Numbered from the stretch's first letter, positions 1 to 10,528 are shown. The stretch is 32,000 nucleotides of DNA from Pelagibacteraceae bacterium (GCA_008638215.1 VTPN01000003.1:16550-48549), one strand, 5' to 3'. Notes: a model not told the origin generated them from the sequence alone. Numbers and translations are program-made.

Positions 1-118
1 AATCAGATATGGTTACTATAGTGTTATTAAATGAACTCTTGATATGGACAACACCATTTTGTCCAAAATTTTTTTTAGTTTTTTTCTTTTCAGATATTTT
101 TTTTTCTGTTTTTGCCAT
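1..118 (-). CDS. rpsK: 30S ribosomal protein S11, N-terminal part (gene continues beyond the left window edge)
   Basis: Not in the ORF track because it is cut by the window edge. The reverse complement of 118..2 reads ATG GCA AAA ACA... = MAKTEKKISEKKKTKKNFGQNGVVHIKSSFNNTIVTISD. This carries the conserved S11 core H-[IV]-x-[AS]-SFNNTI-[VI]-T-[IL]-[ST]-D. It lies 2 nt downstream of rpsM, as expected for the alpha operon. Confidence 0.85.
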   Translation of the reverse strand, partial: MAKTEKKISEKKKTKKNFGQNGVVHIKSSFNNTIVTISD

Positions 119-120
119 TT

Positions 121-498
121 TTATTTAGTAACTTTTTTCTTTCCGGCAATCGCTACAGCCTTACCTTTTCTTGTTCTTGCGTTAGTATGTGTTCTTTGGC
201 CTCTAGTAGGTAATTGACGACGATGCCTCAAACCTCTATAGCAACCAAGATCTTTTAAACGTTTAATATTTTGAGAGACAACACGTCTTAAGTCACCTTC
301 AACTGTATAACTTTCTTCAATAGATTTTCTAATTTTAGAAATTTCATCTTCAGAAAAGTCTTTAATTCTTTTTGTATAATCTAAACCGTTTGCTTTTAAA
401 ATATCTAAAGCGAATTTTGGCCCGATGCCATGGATATAAGTTAGTGAAACTAAAGCACGTTTATTAACTGGTAAATTTACGCCTGCTATTCTTGCCAA
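121..498 (-). CDS. rpsM: 30S ribosomal protein S13
   Basis: 125-aa ORF beginning [10 protein letters not shown], the S13 hallmark N-terminus, with a basic C-terminal tail. The start codon is TTG (496-498), preceded by AGGAG 7 nt upstream. Syntenic between adk and rpsK. Confidence 0.97.
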   Translation of the reverse strand: MARIAGVNLPVNKRALVSLTYIHGIGPKFALDILKANGLDYTKRIKDFSEDEISKIRKSIEESYTVEGDLRRVVSQNIKRLKDLGCYRGLRHRRQLPTRGQRTHTNARTRKGKAVAIAGKKKVTK

Positions 499-519
499 TT
501 GAGATCTCCTGAATGGGTG

Positions 520-548
520 AAAATAGTAAAAAAGTATTTAAAAGTCAA
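520..548 (-). promoter_or_regulatory. Candidate sigma70-type promoter for rpsM/rpsK (alpha-operon promoter)
   Basis: The minus strand of the 61-nt adk-rpsM gap reads TTGACT (548..543), a 17-nt spacer, then TATTTT (525..520). This is followed by 21 nt containing AGGAG and then the TTG start. Motif match by eye only. Confidence 0.35.
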
Positions 549-559
549 TATAAAATACA

Positions 560-1114
560 TCAATTTAAGCCAAGTTTTTCAATAATTTTATTAGAAATAG
601 AGTCAATTTGATCATTAGCGTCAATATTAATAACCTCGTTATCATTAGACAAAGACTCAATAATCTGATTGTGAGATTTTTTATAAATTGATAATCGCTT
701 ATCAAATACCTTATCATCAGCTCTTGATTCTTCTTGAGATCTTTTTTTAATACGAGTTAAAAGCTCCTCATCACTAACAGTAAAATTGATTATGTTTAAA
801 TTTTTATTTAGAAAAATCTTCTTAAGAGACTCAGCTTGCAAAGAACTTCTTGGGAAACCATCAACTAATATTTGTTCGTCACCAAGACTATCAACTTTTT
901 CTTTCAATACAGAAATTACCGTTGAATCCTCAATCAAATCACCATTATCCATCTTATTTTTAATTTCATTACCTAAAACACTGCCATCAGAAGATTTTTC
1001 TTTCAGTAAAGAACTAACTGTTAGAATATGTAAGTTTGGTAATACGGAGTCTTTAAGTATCTGAGCTTGAGTTCCTTTGCCAGATCCTGGTGGACCAATA
1101 AAAACTATAACCAT
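560..1114 (-). CDS. adk: Adenylate kinase, short-LID type
   Basis: 184 aa with P-loop GPPGSGKGTQ, VDGFPR and RADD motifs. Only a few residues (SQEES) lie where long bacterial Adk proteins carry a roughly 30-residue LID insert. The start ATG lies inside the last codons of secY (10-nt overlap). The secY-adk-rpsM order is typical of alphaproteobacteria. Confidence 0.93.
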   Translation of the reverse strand: MVIVFIGPPGSGKGTQAQILKDSVLPNLHILTVSSLLKEKSSDGSVLGNEIKNKMDNGDLIEDSTVISVLKEKVDSLGDEQILVDGFPRSSLQAESLKKIFLNKNLNIINFTVSDEELLTRIKKRSQEESRADDKVFDKRLSIYKKSHNQIIESLSNDNEVINIDANDQIDSISNKIIEKLGLN

Positions 1115-2433
1115 TTACTCTTATACATTTTGTTTTTACTCAATATTTTTTCGTATTGAGATGTAAACAAATGTGTTTGGATTTGAGAAAAGAAATCCAT
1201 TGCTACGACAACAACAATTAACAAACTGGTGCCTCCCAGGTAGAAAGGAACTGAGAGTTTTGCAATCAAAAATTCAGGTATTAGTGCAATCAAAGCCAAA
1301 TATACAGCACCTACAAAAGTAAGTCGGTAAATAACATGTTCCAAATGTTGAGCTGTCTGTTCACCCGGTCTATATCCAAGAACAAAACCGCCATTATTTC
1401 TTAAATTGTCAGCTTGTTCTTTTGGGTTGAAAACAATACCCGTATAAAAAAAAGCAAAAAACACAATAAGTCCGAAAAAGAAGATCATATATAAAGGCTT
1501 ACCATGAGATAAATAGAAACCTATGCTAGATAAAAAACCCGAACTTTCTGGAGAAAAGTTAGCAATTGTATTAGGAAATAAAAGTAGCGAGGATGCAAAA
1601 ATTGCTGGTATAACACCTGCAACGTTCACCTTTATTGGTAAATAAGATGACTGGCCACCAAAAACTTTATTTCCTACTTGTCTTTTTGGATATTGAACCA
1701 AAAGTCTTCTTTGACCTCTTTCAATAAAAACAATTATAACAATTAACGCCAAAAGTAAGAAAATGATAAAGATGATTGCAATAGCAGATAGAGCGCCCGT
1801 TCTACCTAATTCAAAAGTATTAAAAATAGCAAAGGGTAAGTTAGCTACTATACCAGCAAATATAATAATTGAAATACCACTACCGAAACCATGTTCAGTG
1901 ATTTGCTCCCCAAGCCACATAAGAAAAATAGTTCCTGAGGTCATGGTAATAATAGCTGAAAGCTGAAAAAAAGCTACACTTCCAAGAGTAGGATCTACTG
2001 TATCTGAGAGATTTAAAATTCCATTAGAAATACCATAACTTTGAAATAGAGCTAAAAGTATTGTGAGGTATCTAGTATATTGTTGAATTTTTTTTCTACC
2101 ATTGGTTCCTTGTTCTTTTAAAGCTTTTAAACTATCAAAGGATGATTGCATCAAAGTCATAATAATTGATGCTGAAATATAAGGCATAACCCCTAACGTA
2201 AAGACTGACATTCGCATCAAAGCGCCACCAGAAAACATATCGAAGATGCCAAGGATGCCGTTTTGATGTTGAGAGAAAATTTGTTCTAAAACTGCAGAAT
2301 TAATTCCAGGAACAGGAACATAAGTACCTAATCTGTATACGATAATCGCAAAAAGAACAAAACCTAGTTTTTTAAATAAACCAGAATTTTTTATAGCTTC
2401 GTTATAATCGATATTAGGAACTTTAGTGTTCAT
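1105..2433 (-). CDS. secY: Preprotein translocase subunit SecY
   Basis: 442-aa polytopic membrane protein in the position following rplO. Conserved SecY segments are present (GxxPYISASIIMTLM, GGTSLLIVVVVAMDF). Confidence 0.97.
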   Translation of the reverse strand: MNTKVPNIDYNEAIKNSGLFKKLGFVLFAIIVYRLGTYVPVPGINSAVLEQIFSQHQNGILGIFDMFSGGALMRMSVFTLGVMPYISASIIMTLMQSSFDSLKALKEQGTNGRKKIQQYTRYLTILLALFQSYGISNGILNLSDTVDPTLGSVAFFQLSAIITMTSGTIFLMWLGEQITEHGFGSGISIIIFAGIVANLPFAIFNTFELGRTGALSAIAIIFIIFLLLALIVIIVFIERGQRRLLVQYPKRQVGNKVFGGQSSYLPIKVNVAGVIPAIFASSLLLFPNTIANFSPESSGFLSSIGFYLSHGKPLYMIFFFGLIVFFAFFYTGIVFNPKEQADNLRNNGGFVLGYRPGEQTAQHLEHVIYRLTFVGAVYLALIALIPEFLIAKLSVPFYLGGTSLLIVVVVAMDFFSQIQTHLFTSQYEKILSKNKMYKSKWL

Positions 2434-2443
2434 AACTTAAATT

Positions 2444-2878
2444 TTAAGAAGCAGATCCGCCTAAGTCTTCTATTCTTTTCTTTGCACCTGGTGTAAATTT
2501 AAAGTCTTTAAATTGTAATTTTTTCTTAAATTGAATTGAGTCGATAACTTTAATGCTTTTTTTATGATCTTTTTTCTTTAAAAAACCAGTTTCGACTAAC
2601 ATCTTCAAATCAATTGTGGAGTCATCTTTAAATTTATTAAAACTTACGAGAGAAATAGAAAGGTTGTTGGATCTTAATTTTTTAATTGAATTAAATCCTC
2701 TTTTTGGTGTTTTTCTATAAATAGGCATTTGACCACCTTCGAAATTTCGAACAGCAACACCAGATCTTGATTTTTGACCTTTATGTCCCCTACCGGCAGT
2801 TTTTCCAAGACCTGAACCTACTCCTTTTCCTTTTCTTTTTCTATTAGTGGTTCTTTGCTTTGATAATTTATTAATCAT
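2444..2878 (-). CDS. rplO: 50S ribosomal protein L15
   Basis: 144 aa with the [12 protein letters not shown] motif. Its ATG shares one nucleotide with the rpsE stop (TAATG). Confidence 0.95.
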   Translation of the reverse strand: MINKLSKQRTTNRKRKGKGVGSGLGKTAGRGHKGQKSRSGVAVRNFEGGQMPIYRKTPKRGFNSIKKLRSNNLSISLVSFNKFKDDSTIDLKMLVETGFLKKKDHKKSIKVIDSIQFKKKLQFKDFKFTPGAKKRIEDLGGSAS

Positions 2879-3390
2879 TAGTTTTCTCTTTTGCTAATAA
2901 CAGAATTAATTTCTATTCCTCTTCTCGCAGACACTGACTTTGGGGTATTTATCATTCTCAATGCTTTGATAGTTGAACGAACAATGTTATGAGGATTTTT
3001 AGTGCCAATTGCTTTTGATACCACATCAGATATGCCTAAAGCTTCAAAGATAGCTCTTGATGGACCACCAGAGATTATTCCTGTGCCTTTTGGTGCAGAT
3101 CTTAAAATAACAGTGCTTGATGAAAACTTCGCTTTTATATCATGATGGATGGTTCTTCCTTCTCTTAAGGGAATTCTTACCATGGTTTTTTTAGCCTCTT
3201 CGGAAGCTTTTCTTATTGCTTCAGGTACTTCTTTAGCTTTTCCTGAACCAAATCCAACTCTACCTTGACCATCTCCACTAACAACCAAAGCAGCAAAACC
3301 AAATCTTCTACCACCTTTTACAACCTTAGAAACACGCCTTACAGATATTAATTTTTCGATTAATTCTTTATTTACATTATTTTCAAGCAT
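2878..3390 (-). CDS. rpsE: 30S ribosomal protein S5
   Basis: 170 aa containing [43 protein letters not shown], the S5 dsRBD signature. Syntenic after rplR. Confidence 0.97.
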   Translation of the reverse strand: MLENNVNKELIEKLISVRRVSKVVKGGRRFGFAALVVSGDGQGRVGFGSGKAKEVPEAIRKASEEAKKTMVRIPLREGRTIHHDIKAKFSSSTVILRSAPKGTGIISGGPSRAIFEALGISDVVSKAIGTKNPHNIVRSTIKALRMINTPKSVSARRGIEINSVISKREN

Positions 3391-3738
3391 TTAAAAAGAT
3401 AAGCCCTTCTCTCTTGCAGCGTCAGCAAGTACTTTTAATCTACCGTGATACTTATAAGGACCTTTATCAAACTTTACTTCTTTAACGCCCTTTTCAATTG
3501 CCATTTCAGCAATTTTTTCTCCTACTAATTTAGCAATATCTAGTTTTTTTTGACCTTCGGTCTTATTGATTTTAACAGATGAGAATGAACAGAGAGTTTT
3601 ATCATTTTGCTCAGTTAATACCGATGCATAAATATGTTTAGAAGAACGAAATACTAGCAGTTTATGTTTTTTTACTGAAGCTAGTTTTTTTCTAATTCTA
3701 GTTTTTCTTCTGAGGGATCTAAGCTTATCGTTATTCAT
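3391..3738 (-). CDS. rplR: 50S ribosomal protein L18
   Basis: 115 aa with a basic N-terminus (RRKTRIRKK) and a YHGRLKVLADAAREKGLSF C-terminus typical of L18. Synteny rplF-rplR-rpsE. Confidence 0.95.
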   Translation of the reverse strand: MNNDKLRSLRRKTRIRKKLASVKKHKLLVFRSSKHIYASVLTEQNDKTLCSFSSVKINKTEGQKKLDIAKLVGEKIAEMAIEKGVKEVKFDKGPYKYHGRLKVLADAAREKGLSF

Positions 3739-4253
3739 TATTTTTTCTTCCCTTCTTTTCTATAAATACGTTCACCTTCATATCTTACGCCTTTACCCTT
3801 ATATGGCTCGGGCTTTCTAAAAGATTTAATTTCAGCAGCAACTTGGCCGACTAATTGCTTACTAGTACCTGAAATTGATACAATATTTTTTTCAACATTT
3901 GCTGTGATGCCCTCAGGGATTTTGAAGTTTATATCGTGGCTGTATCCAAGGGATAAAACAAGTGTTTTGCCATTAACGTTTGCTTTGTATCCAGTCCCAA
4001 CCAATTCTAGTTTTTTTTCAAATCCTTGTGAGTTTCCGACAATTTCATTTTTTATAATAGCATATACCGTACCTAGTAATGCCTTGTTATCTCCTGAGAA
4101 ATGAAGAAGGTTATCTTTCATATCTACAGTTATTCCATTAGGTAATGTAGAACTTGATTTTCCAAGTTTACCCTCAAAATTTATCACATTATTATTAACA
4201 GATATTTTAACGTCTGATGGTATTGTAATTGGATTTCTAGCTAAACGAGACAT
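3738..4253 (-). CDS. rplF: 50S ribosomal protein L6
   Basis: 171 aa beginning MSRLARNPITIPSDVKI, with PEPYKGKGVRYEGE near the C-terminus. Synteny. Confidence 0.95.
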   Translation of the reverse strand: MSRLARNPITIPSDVKISVNNNVINFEGKLGKSSSTLPNGITVDMKDNLLHFSGDNKALLGTVYAIIKNEIVGNSQGFEKKLELVGTGYKANVNGKTLVLSLGYSHDINFKIPEGITANVEKNIVSISGTSKQLVGQVAAEIKSFRKPEPYKGKGVRYEGERIYRKEGKKK

Positions 4254-4255
4254 GA

Positions 4256-4642
4256 TTAAAATACGCTAATTAGCACCTCTCCGCCGACTTTCTGATTTCT
4301 GGCATCTGAATCAGTCATTACTCCTTTTGAAGTTGAAAGAATTGTTGTGCCTAGACCACCAATAGTTTTTGGAATATCCTCGACTGAACTGTAAACCCTA
4401 CATCCTTGCTTCGTAATTTTTTCAATCTTATTTATAAGTGGGCTACCTTTAAAATATTTTAAGGTGATAGATAAATCTTTTTTAGTATCACCAATTATTT
4501 CGTAACTTTCAATAAAACCTTCATTTTTTAAAACATTACATACGTTTACATTTAACTTTGAATAAATAGCTTTAATCGAAACTTTATTTGCTTTTTGACC
4601 GTTTCTTATTCTTGTGATCATGTCTGCTAATGTATCGCTCAT
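4256..4642 (-). CDS. rpsH: 30S ribosomal protein S8
   Basis: 128 aa beginning MSDTLADMITRIRNGQ and ending GGEVLISVF, both S8 hallmarks. Confidence 0.96.
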   Translation of the reverse strand: MSDTLADMITRIRNGQKANKVSIKAIYSKLNVNVCNVLKNEGFIESYEIIGDTKKDLSITLKYFKGSPLINKIEKITKQGCRVYSSVEDIPKTIGGLGTTILSTSKGVMTDSDARNQKVGGEVLISVF

Positions 4643-4643
4643 C

Positions 4644-4949
4644 CTACCAACTCGCTTTCGTTAAACCAGGAATTTGACCTTTGCCCGCCATATCTCTGAT
4701 TGCTATTCTAGATAAATTGAATTTTGAGTAAACACCTCTTGGTCTTCCAGATAAGAAACATCTATTTCTAAATCTTATTTTAGATGAATTTCTAGGCATA
4801 GACTCAAGTTTCATTTGTATCTTAACTCTTTCCTCAAAGGGTAACTCTTTATTCATTAAAAGTTTTTTTAAATTAGCTCTTTTTTCACTTAATCTATCAA
4901 TGAGTGTTTTTCTATTAAGATTTTTTTGGATTGCGCTTTGTTTTGCCAT
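4644..4949 (-). CDS. rpsN: 30S ribosomal protein S14 (long, non-zinc form)
   Basis: 101 aa with [12 protein letters not shown] and a C-terminal KASW. There are no CxxC pairs. Confidence 0.96.
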   Translation of the reverse strand: MAKQSAIQKNLNRKTLIDRLSEKRANLKKLLMNKELPFEERVKIQMKLESMPRNSSKIRFRNRCFLSGRPRGVYSKFNLSRIAIRDMAGKGQIPGLTKASW

Positions 4950-4951
4950 GA

Positions 4952-5488
4952 TTAATTTAAGAATGGAAAGTTCATTAACTTTAACAATTCATATCCTTCC
5001 TTGTCATTGTTTGCCGAAGTTGCGATTGTGATATCAAAACCAAAAATATTCTCAACATTCTCAACACTAATTTCAGGAAAAATAATATGATCTTTAATAC
5101 CAATCGTTATATTACCCTGACCATCAAAAGATTTTTTTGAGTAACCTCTAAAGTCTTTAATTCGTGGCATAGCTATATTTACCAGTCTGTCATAAAACTC
5201 CATCATATAGTTTTTTCTTAGGGTGACGGACAAACCAACTGGCATTCCTTTTCTGATCTTAAATGAAGCTATAGCTTTTTTTGATAAACGAACTACAGGT
5301 GTTTGCCCTGTAATCAATGATAAATCTTTTTTCATTTTTTCAATAGCTTTATTGTCTTCCTTGATAGTTCCAATACCCGCATTTACAACAATTTTAGTCA
5401 TTTTTGGAACAGCTAATTTATGATGAATCTCTAAATTTTTAGCTAATTGATCAGAAATATTAAATAATTCTTGTATTGAAGCACTCAT
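4952..5488 (-). CDS. rplE: 50S ribosomal protein L5
   Basis: 178 aa containing [13 protein letters not shown] and [20 protein letters not shown]. Synteny rplX-rplE-rpsN. Confidence 0.96.
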   Translation of the reverse strand: MSASIQELFNISDQLAKNLEIHHKLAVPKMTKIVVNAGIGTIKEDNKAIEKMKKDLSLITGQTPVVRLSKKAIASFKIRKGMPVGLSVTLRKNYMMEFYDRLVNIAMPRIKDFRGYSKKSFDGQGNITIGIKDHIIFPEISVENVENIFGFDITIATSANNDKEGYELLKLMNFPFLN

Positions 5489-5796
5489 TAATATTTTTCT
5501 CCAGAAGTTTTTAAAATTCTTACTTTTTTTCCATCTTCTACTTTAAAACCAACTTTTGATGATTTTTTAGATTTTGAGTCATAAGCCAAAATATTAGAGA
5601 TGTGAATGGGCATTTCTTTATTTATAATTCCGCCTTTAGAGTCCTGTGAAGGCTTTTGATGCTTTTTACTTATATTAACTCCACTAATGATAACTTTGTC
5701 AGAAGAGTTTAAAACTTTTGCAATTTTACCAATTTTACCTTTGTCTTTACCAACCTTTACAATCACTTCATCACCTTTTTTATATTTTTTTATCAT
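5488..5796 (-). CDS. rplX: 50S ribosomal protein L24
   Basis: 102 aa with a KOW motif ([20 protein letters not shown]). Synteny. Confidence 0.95.
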   Translation of the reverse strand: MIKKYKKGDEVIVKVGKDKGKIGKIAKVLNSSDKVIISGVNISKKHQKPSQDSKGGIINKEMPIHISNILAYDSKSKKSSKVGFKVEDGKKVRILKTSGEKY

Positions 5797-6164
5797 TAAA
5801 GTACCTCTGGAGCTAGACTGACTATTTTCATCATATTTTTCTTTCGTAGCTCTCTAGTAACAGGTCCAAAAATTCTTGTCCCGATTGGTTCATTTTGTTT
5901 ATCCAACAAAACTGCAGCATTCGAGTCAAATTTAATAGATGTGCCATCTTCTCTTATTAAAGGTTTTTTAGTTCTAACAATAACAGCCCTTTGGACTTCA
6001 CCTTTTTTAACTTTTGATCTAGGAATAGCATCTTTCACTGAGACAATTATTATGTCACCAATTCTTGCATATCTTCTTTTTGACCCTCCGATAACTTTAA
6101 TGCAACTGATTAGTCTTGCTCCAGAGTTATCTGCCACTAGTAATTTAGATTCAGTTTGTATCAT
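5796..6164 (-). CDS. rplN: 50S ribosomal protein L14
   Basis: 122 aa beginning [16 protein letters not shown] and ending SLAPEVL, the canonical L14 ends. Confidence 0.97.
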   Translation of the reverse strand: MIQTESKLLVADNSGARLISCIKVIGGSKRRYARIGDIIIVSVKDAIPRSKVKKGEVQRAVIVRTKKPLIREDGTSIKFDSNAAVLLDKQNEPIGTRIFGPVTRELRKKNMMKIVSLAPEVL

Positions 6165-6167
6165 TAA

Positions 6168-6395
6168 TTATTTAACAACTTCCCATGATTTATTTTTAGA
6201 AAGCGGTCTTGTTTCTTGAATTTTTACACTTTCTCCAACGGTAATAGCATTATGTTCATCGTGTGCTAAATATTTTTTTGAAACTCTAATTATTTTTTTA
6301 TATATAGGGTGTGTGGTTTGTCTAGTAACTAAAACTGAAACTGTTTTATCTCCAGACTTTTTTATAACCTTACCATTAAGAACTCTTTTAGGCAT
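6168..6395 (-). CDS. rpsQ: 30S ribosomal protein S17
   Basis: The ORF track begins at a TTG at 6404. The ATG at 6395..6393 gives [10 protein letters not shown], which matches the usual S17 N-terminus (MPKRVL), so I place the start there (75 aa). With this start it overlaps the rpmC stop by 8 nt (ATGCCTAA). Confidence 0.9.
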   Translation of the reverse strand: MPKRVLNGKVIKKSGDKTVSVLVTRQTTHPIYKKIIRVSKKYLAHDEHNAITVGESVKIQETRPLSKNKSWEVVK

Positions 6396-6543
6396 TTTTT
6401 TCAAGCCTTTCTCTGGTTAACAATGATGCGATTTGTTTTTTTACCTTTTTAAACTGTGATGTATCAGTAAGTTGGCCGCTCTTTTTCATAATTTTTAAGT
6501 TAAATAACTCTTTCTTTAAACTGTTTAAATCTTTATCTGCCAT
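6388..6543 (-). CDS. rpmC: 50S ribosomal protein L29
   Basis: Absent from the ORF track because it is under 60 aa. The reverse complement of 6543..6388 translates without stops to [51 protein letters not shown]. This fits the L29 pattern (ELxxxLFNL[KR]...GQLxxxxxx[KR]xV[KR][KR]xIAxxxT). It sits exactly in the rplP-rpsQ slot, and its ATG shares one nucleotide with the rplP stop. Confidence 0.88.
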   Translation of the reverse strand: MADKDLNSLKKELFNLKIMKKSGQLTDTSQFKKVKKQIASLLTRERLEKNA

Positions 6544-6956
6544 TAAAATTGATCCAATGAAACGAATGTGGTTTTAACAGGTAATTTTGCAGATGCAAGT
6601 TCAAATGCTTTTTTTGCTAGATTTTTATCAACACCATCTACCTCAAACATTATAGTTCCTGGTTTTACCCTACATACCCATCTATCTATCGACCCTTTTC
6701 CTTTACCCATTCTTACCTCTGCTGGTTTAGCAGTGACCGGGACATCAGGAAATACTCTAATCCAGAGACGACCTGCTCTTTTTAAAAATCTTGTTATTGC
6801 TCTTCTAGAAGCCTCTATTTGTCTAGCAGTTACTCTTTCTGCATTTAGAGATTTTAAACCGTAGTAACCAAAAGTTAGCTCATGATTACCTTTTGCATTT
6901 CCGTGTATACGCCCCTTATGCTGTTTTCTATATTTGGTATTTTTTGGTATCAGCAT
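6543..6956 (-). CDS. rplP: 50S ribosomal protein L16
   Basis: 137 aa beginning [16 protein letters not shown], with [13 protein letters not shown]. Synteny. Confidence 0.97.
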   Translation of the reverse strand: MLIPKNTKYRKQHKGRIHGNAKGNHELTFGYYGLKSLNAERVTARQIEASRRAITRFLKRAGRLWIRVFPDVPVTAKPAEVRMGKGKGSIDRWVCRVKPGTIMFEVDGVDKNLAKKAFELASAKLPVKTTFVSLDQF

Positions 6957-7618
6957 TATGAACTTACCTTCTCGCTTAATGTATTGTTTTTTGTATTTTT
7001 ACTTTCACCTTTAAAAAGCCATACCTTGATACCAATAATTCCATAAGTTGTTAATGCACGAGCAGTTGCATAATCAATATCTGCTCTTAAAGTATGAAGA
7101 GGTACGCTTCCTTCGCTGAATTTTTCTGAACGGGCAATTTCAGCACCACCCAACCTTCCACCACAAACTATTTTAACTCCCTTAGCGCCTAATTTAATAG
7201 CAGACATGCCCGACTTTTTCATTGCTTTTCTAAAAGCAATTCTCTTTTCAAGTTGTCTTGCAATGGAGTCGGCAACTAAAGATGCATCTGTTTCAGGTTT
7301 TTTAATCTCTTTAATATCTAGGGATATGTTTTTATTAGATAGTTTTGATAAGCTGTTTCTTAATTTTTCTATATCTGCACCTTTTTTACCAATTAAAACA
7401 CCTGGTTTGGAGGTATGAATGATAATTTTAAGATTTGACGCAGCTCTTTCAATTATAACTGAACTTATCCCAGCGCTTGAATAATTTTTTTCTATATAAC
7501 TTCTAATAGTATGGTCCTCTTTAAGAAAATTGGAATATTCTTTTTTTTCAAACCAAGTTGATTGCCAGTACTTATTTATACCTACTCTTAAAGATGTTGG
7601 GTTAACTTTTTGTCCCAT
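6956..7618 (-). CDS. rpsC: 30S ribosomal protein S3
   Basis: 220 aa beginning [13 protein letters not shown], with a KH domain ([14 protein letters not shown]) and [10 protein letters not shown]. Confidence 0.97.
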   Translation of the reverse strand: MGQKVNPTSLRVGINKYWQSTWFEKKEYSNFLKEDHTIRSYIEKNYSSAGISSVIIERAASNLKIIIHTSKPGVLIGKKGADIEKLRNSLSKLSNKNISLDIKEIKKPETDASLVADSIARQLEKRIAFRKAMKKSGMSAIKLGAKGVKIVCGGRLGGAEIARSEKFSEGSVPLHTLRADIDYATARALTTYGIIGIKVWLFKGESKNTKNNTLSEKVSS

Positions 7619-7959
7619 TATGCCCTCTCCTCTAGTATCAGTGTCAGCCTTGAAAAAGGTTTAATGATCTGAAATGCTCTTCCTTTGCTCATTGGTCTAA
7701 ACCGTTTCATTCTTAAACTTTTTCCCACGTAAGCTTCTTTAACAACTAGTTTATCTATATCTAAGTTATTGTTGTTTTCAGCATTCGCTACAGCAGAATT
7801 GAGAGTTTTTAATACCTCTTTGCTAACTCTTTTATTTGAAAACTTTAAAATATTTACAGCAGAATTAATGTCTTTTTTTCTAATATCTTTAACTATTAAA
7901 TTTAGTTTCTGTGAACTCGTTCTGATCATTTTATTGATTGCTTTAACTTCTTTTGACAT
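7618..7959 (-). CDS. rplV: 50S ribosomal protein L22
   Basis: 113 aa containing [26 protein letters not shown]. Synteny rpsS-rplV-rpsC. Confidence 0.95.
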   Translation of the reverse strand: MSKEVKAINKMIRTSSQKLNLIVKDIRKKDINSAVNILKFSNKRVSKEVLKTLNSAVANAENNNNLDIDKLVVKEAYVGKSLRMKRFRPMSKGRAFQIIKPFSRLTLILEERA

Positions 7960-8243
7960 TATTTTTTACCCTGAACGGCTTTCTTATCTCCTGAGTGACC
8001 TTTAAAAACTCGTGTGGGTGAGAACTCTCCAAGTTTATGTCCGACCATGTCCTCAGTGACAAAAACCGGGATAAATGATTTACCATTATATACTGAGAGG
8101 GTAACACCTACAAAATCTGGAATAATAGTTGATCTTCTTGACCAAGTTTTAATTGGAGTTTTAGAATTTTCATCTTTTGATTTTTTTACTTTTTTATAAA
8201 GTGTTATATCGAAGTAAGGTCCTTTCCAAACAGATCTTGCCAT
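7959..8243 (-). CDS. rpsS: 30S ribosomal protein S19
   Basis: 94 aa beginning [12 protein letters not shown], with [17 protein letters not shown]. Confidence 0.97.
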   Translation of the reverse strand: MARSVWKGPYFDITLYKKVKKSKDENSKTPIKTWSRRSTIIPDFVGVTLSVYNGKSFIPVFVTEDMVGHKLGEFSPTRVFKGHSGDKKAVQGKK

Positions 8244-9067
8244 TATTTTTTACCTCTTCTTGAAATAATCATCTTAGATGTGAATTTAATTTTTCTTGTT
8301 TTCTTGCCTTTAGTTTTCAATCCCCAAGGAGTAGATGGATGTCTTCCGCCGGATGTTCTGCCTTCGCCGCCACCATGGGGGTGATCTACTGGATTCATTG
8401 CAACTCCTCGAACCGTAGGTCTAATACCTAAATGTCTTTTAATTCCAGCCTTACCAATTTTTTTATTTTTATTATCTTGATTAGAAACTACACCGATAGT
8501 GGCCATGCACTCTCCATGCACAAGTCTTGTTTCTCTTGAAGATAATTTAATCATTATGTATTTATCTTGGGTACCTAGAACTTGAGCAAAAGAACCAGCA
8601 GATCTGCATAGTTTACCTCCAGCTCCAGGTTTTAATTCAATATTATGGATTGATGTACCTGTAGGAATATTTTTGATTTTCATGGCATTGCCAGAACTAA
8701 TCTCAGTTTTTGATGATGAAATAATTTTATCACCAGTCTTAATATCTGATGGAGCTATAATATATTCTTTTAAATCTTGATAATCTACAAGGGCGATGAA
8801 GGCGCTACGATTAGGGTCGTGCTCAATTCTTTCGACTGTTCCGATTTTATCAAAAGTATTTCTTTTAAAGTTAATAATTCTATATTTCTTTTTATGACCA
8901 CCTGATCTATGTCTAATTGTAATTTTACCAGTATTATTTCTTCCTGAACTAGGCTGAAGTTCTTCAATGAGATTTTTTTCTGGTCTACCCTTGAACAATA
9001 CAGATTTATCTATTTTTACCGTTTTTCGAAAAGATGGAGTAGTTGGTTTATATGATATCAGACCCAT
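8243..9067 (-). CDS. rplB: 50S ribosomal protein L2
   Basis: 274 aa containing [31 protein letters not shown], the L2 signature. Confidence 0.98.
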   Translation of the reverse strand: MGLISYKPTTPSFRKTVKIDKSVLFKGRPEKNLIEELQPSSGRNNTGKITIRHRSGGHKKKYRIINFKRNTFDKIGTVERIEHDPNRSAFIALVDYQDLKEYIIAPSDIKTGDKIISSSKTEISSGNAMKIKNIPTGTSIHNIELKPGAGGKLCRSAGSFAQVLGTQDKYIMIKLSSRETRLVHGECMATIGVVSNQDNKNKKIGKAGIKRHLGIRPTVRGVAMNPVDHPHGGGEGRTSGGRHPSTPWGLKTKGKKTRKIKFTSKMIISRRGKK

Positions 9068-9069
9068 TA

Positions 9070-9354
9070 TTATTTGACCTTTCCACTCACATCAATTGTA
9101 TTACCCTCTTTGAGAGTAACTATAATTCTTTTTTGTTCTGAGCGTGTACCTCTTTGACCTTTAAAAACTTTAGGTTTTCTTTTTACTATTACACTATTAA
9201 GTTTTTCAACCTTAACTTTGTATAAATCTTCTATTGTAGCTTTAATTTTGGATTTATTTGCATCCTTGGTAACTTCAAATATGTATTTATTAAATTGAGC
9301 ATTAGCAGTCGATTTTTCAGTAATAACAGGTTTTTTTATTAAGTTTAGATCCAT
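9070..9354 (-). CDS. rplW: 50S ribosomal protein L23
   Basis: 94 aa containing KPVITEKST...YIFEV and [15 protein letters not shown]. Synteny rplD-rplW-rplB. Confidence 0.94.
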   Translation of the reverse strand: MDLNLIKKPVITEKSTANAQFNKYIFEVTKDANKSKIKATIEDLYKVKVEKLNSVIVKRKPKVFKGQRGTRSEQKRIIVTLKEGNTIDVSGKVK

Positions 9355-9923
9355 TAGATGTTTTTTCCGATGTATGACTCATATAAAGACGATTTATTTG
9401 AAAATATAAGCATGTCAGACTTTAGTGATGAATGTATTGAATAATTTTTATCTGAGTGAAAAGAAATATTTTTATAGTTTTGGAATTTGGCTACAACATC
9501 ATTATCATTAACGTTTTTTAAAATAATCATAATTTTTTTGTCAGTATTCTTATTTAAAATATCTTTGACAGCATTAAAATCTAATTTTGTCTCATCTAGA
9601 GAATAAAGAGATTTATTATTACTCTTAAGTGAAATTGATGATAATAAAGCAAGATTTTTTACTTTTTTGTTAATTTTAAAAGAGACTAGATGAAACTTAG
9701 GACCGAAAGCTTTACCACCACCTCTTCTTTGAGTTGTTTTTTTATTACCCGCTCTGGCATTACCTGTGCCTTTTTGTTTAAAAAGTTTTTTTCCAGATCC
9801 TGTGACTTCGGATCTGTCAAGGCTATGGTTGTTACCTTGTTTGTGTGAATAGGTTTTTTGGATAGAAAGGTGTAAAGATTTATCCGAAATATTTACTTTT
9901 TTCAGAGTAATTTGTTCAATCAT
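9354..9923 (-). CDS. rplD: 50S ribosomal protein L4
   Basis: 189 aa containing KQKGTGNARAGNKKTTQRRGGGKAFGPK, the L4 loop signature. Its ATG overlaps the rplC TGA (ATGA). Confidence 0.94.
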   Translation of the reverse strand: MIEQITLKKVNISDKSLHLSIQKTYSHKQGNNHSLDRSEVTGSGKKLFKQKGTGNARAGNKKTTQRRGGGKAFGPKFHLVSFKINKKVKNLALLSSISLKSNNKSLYSLDETKLDFNAVKDILNKNTDKKIMIILKNVNDNDVVAKFQNYKNISFHSDKNYSIHSSLKSDMLIFSNKSSLYESYIGKNI

Positions 9924-10528
9924 TTTTTGTAAACTTTCACTACAGATTTATTTTTTCCAGGAACGGAGCCTTTAAGAAATATTAATTTTTTGTCAGCATC
10001 TACCATTAAAACTTCTAAATTTTTCGTTGTGGTTACCTCATCGCCTAAATGTCCAGCCATTTTTTTCCCTTTAAAAACTTTTCCTGGATTTTGATTTTGA
10101 CCAGTTGATCCGTGAGCTCTATGTGAGATAGAAACACCGTGAGAGGCTCTCATACCACTAAAATTATGTCTTTTCATCGCACCCGCAAAACCTTTACCAG
10201 TAGACTTTGATTGAACACAAACTTTATCTCCAACATTAAAAGAGGGTAATACATCACTGCCAATTTCTAGAAGATCTTCAGAAGATACCAGTCTTTGTTC
10301 TTTAATAACTCTTTTAGGCTCTATATTTTTTTTATTGAAATCTTTTAATTGAGGTTTGTTTAGTTTTTTTGGTTTAAGAAAACCTAAAATATTAGCAATG
10401 TAACCATCTTTATCTTCGGTTCTATTACCAACAACAGTGCATGTATTATAATCTAGGACTGTTGCGCAAACTCTCTTACCGTCATCGCTAATAAATGAAG
10501 TTTGACCAATTTTTGTACTAATAATCAT
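9920..10528 (-). CDS. rplC: 50S ribosomal protein L3
   Basis: 202 aa containing KGKGFAGAMKRHNFSG...SHRAHGSTGQNQNPGKVFKGKKMAGHLG, the L3 signature. Confidence 0.96.
   Translation of the reverse strand: MIISTKIGQTSFISDDGKRVCATVLDYNTCTVVGNRTEDKDGYIANILGFLKPKKLNKPQLKDFNKKNIEPKRVIKEQRLVSSEDLLEIGSDVLPSFNVGDKVCVQSKSTGKGFAGAMKRHNFSGMRASHGVSISHRAHGSTGQNQNPGKVFKGKKMAGHLGDEVTTTKNLEVLMVDADKKLIFLKGSVPGKNKSVVKVYKK

Noticed and set aside
6396-6404. The TTG start for rpsQ at 6404 given by the ORF track (MKKMPKRV...).
   Set aside because: The ATG at 6395 yields the canonical S17 N-terminus MPKRVL. The upstream TTG lies inside rpmC coding sequence. This remains somewhat uncertain.
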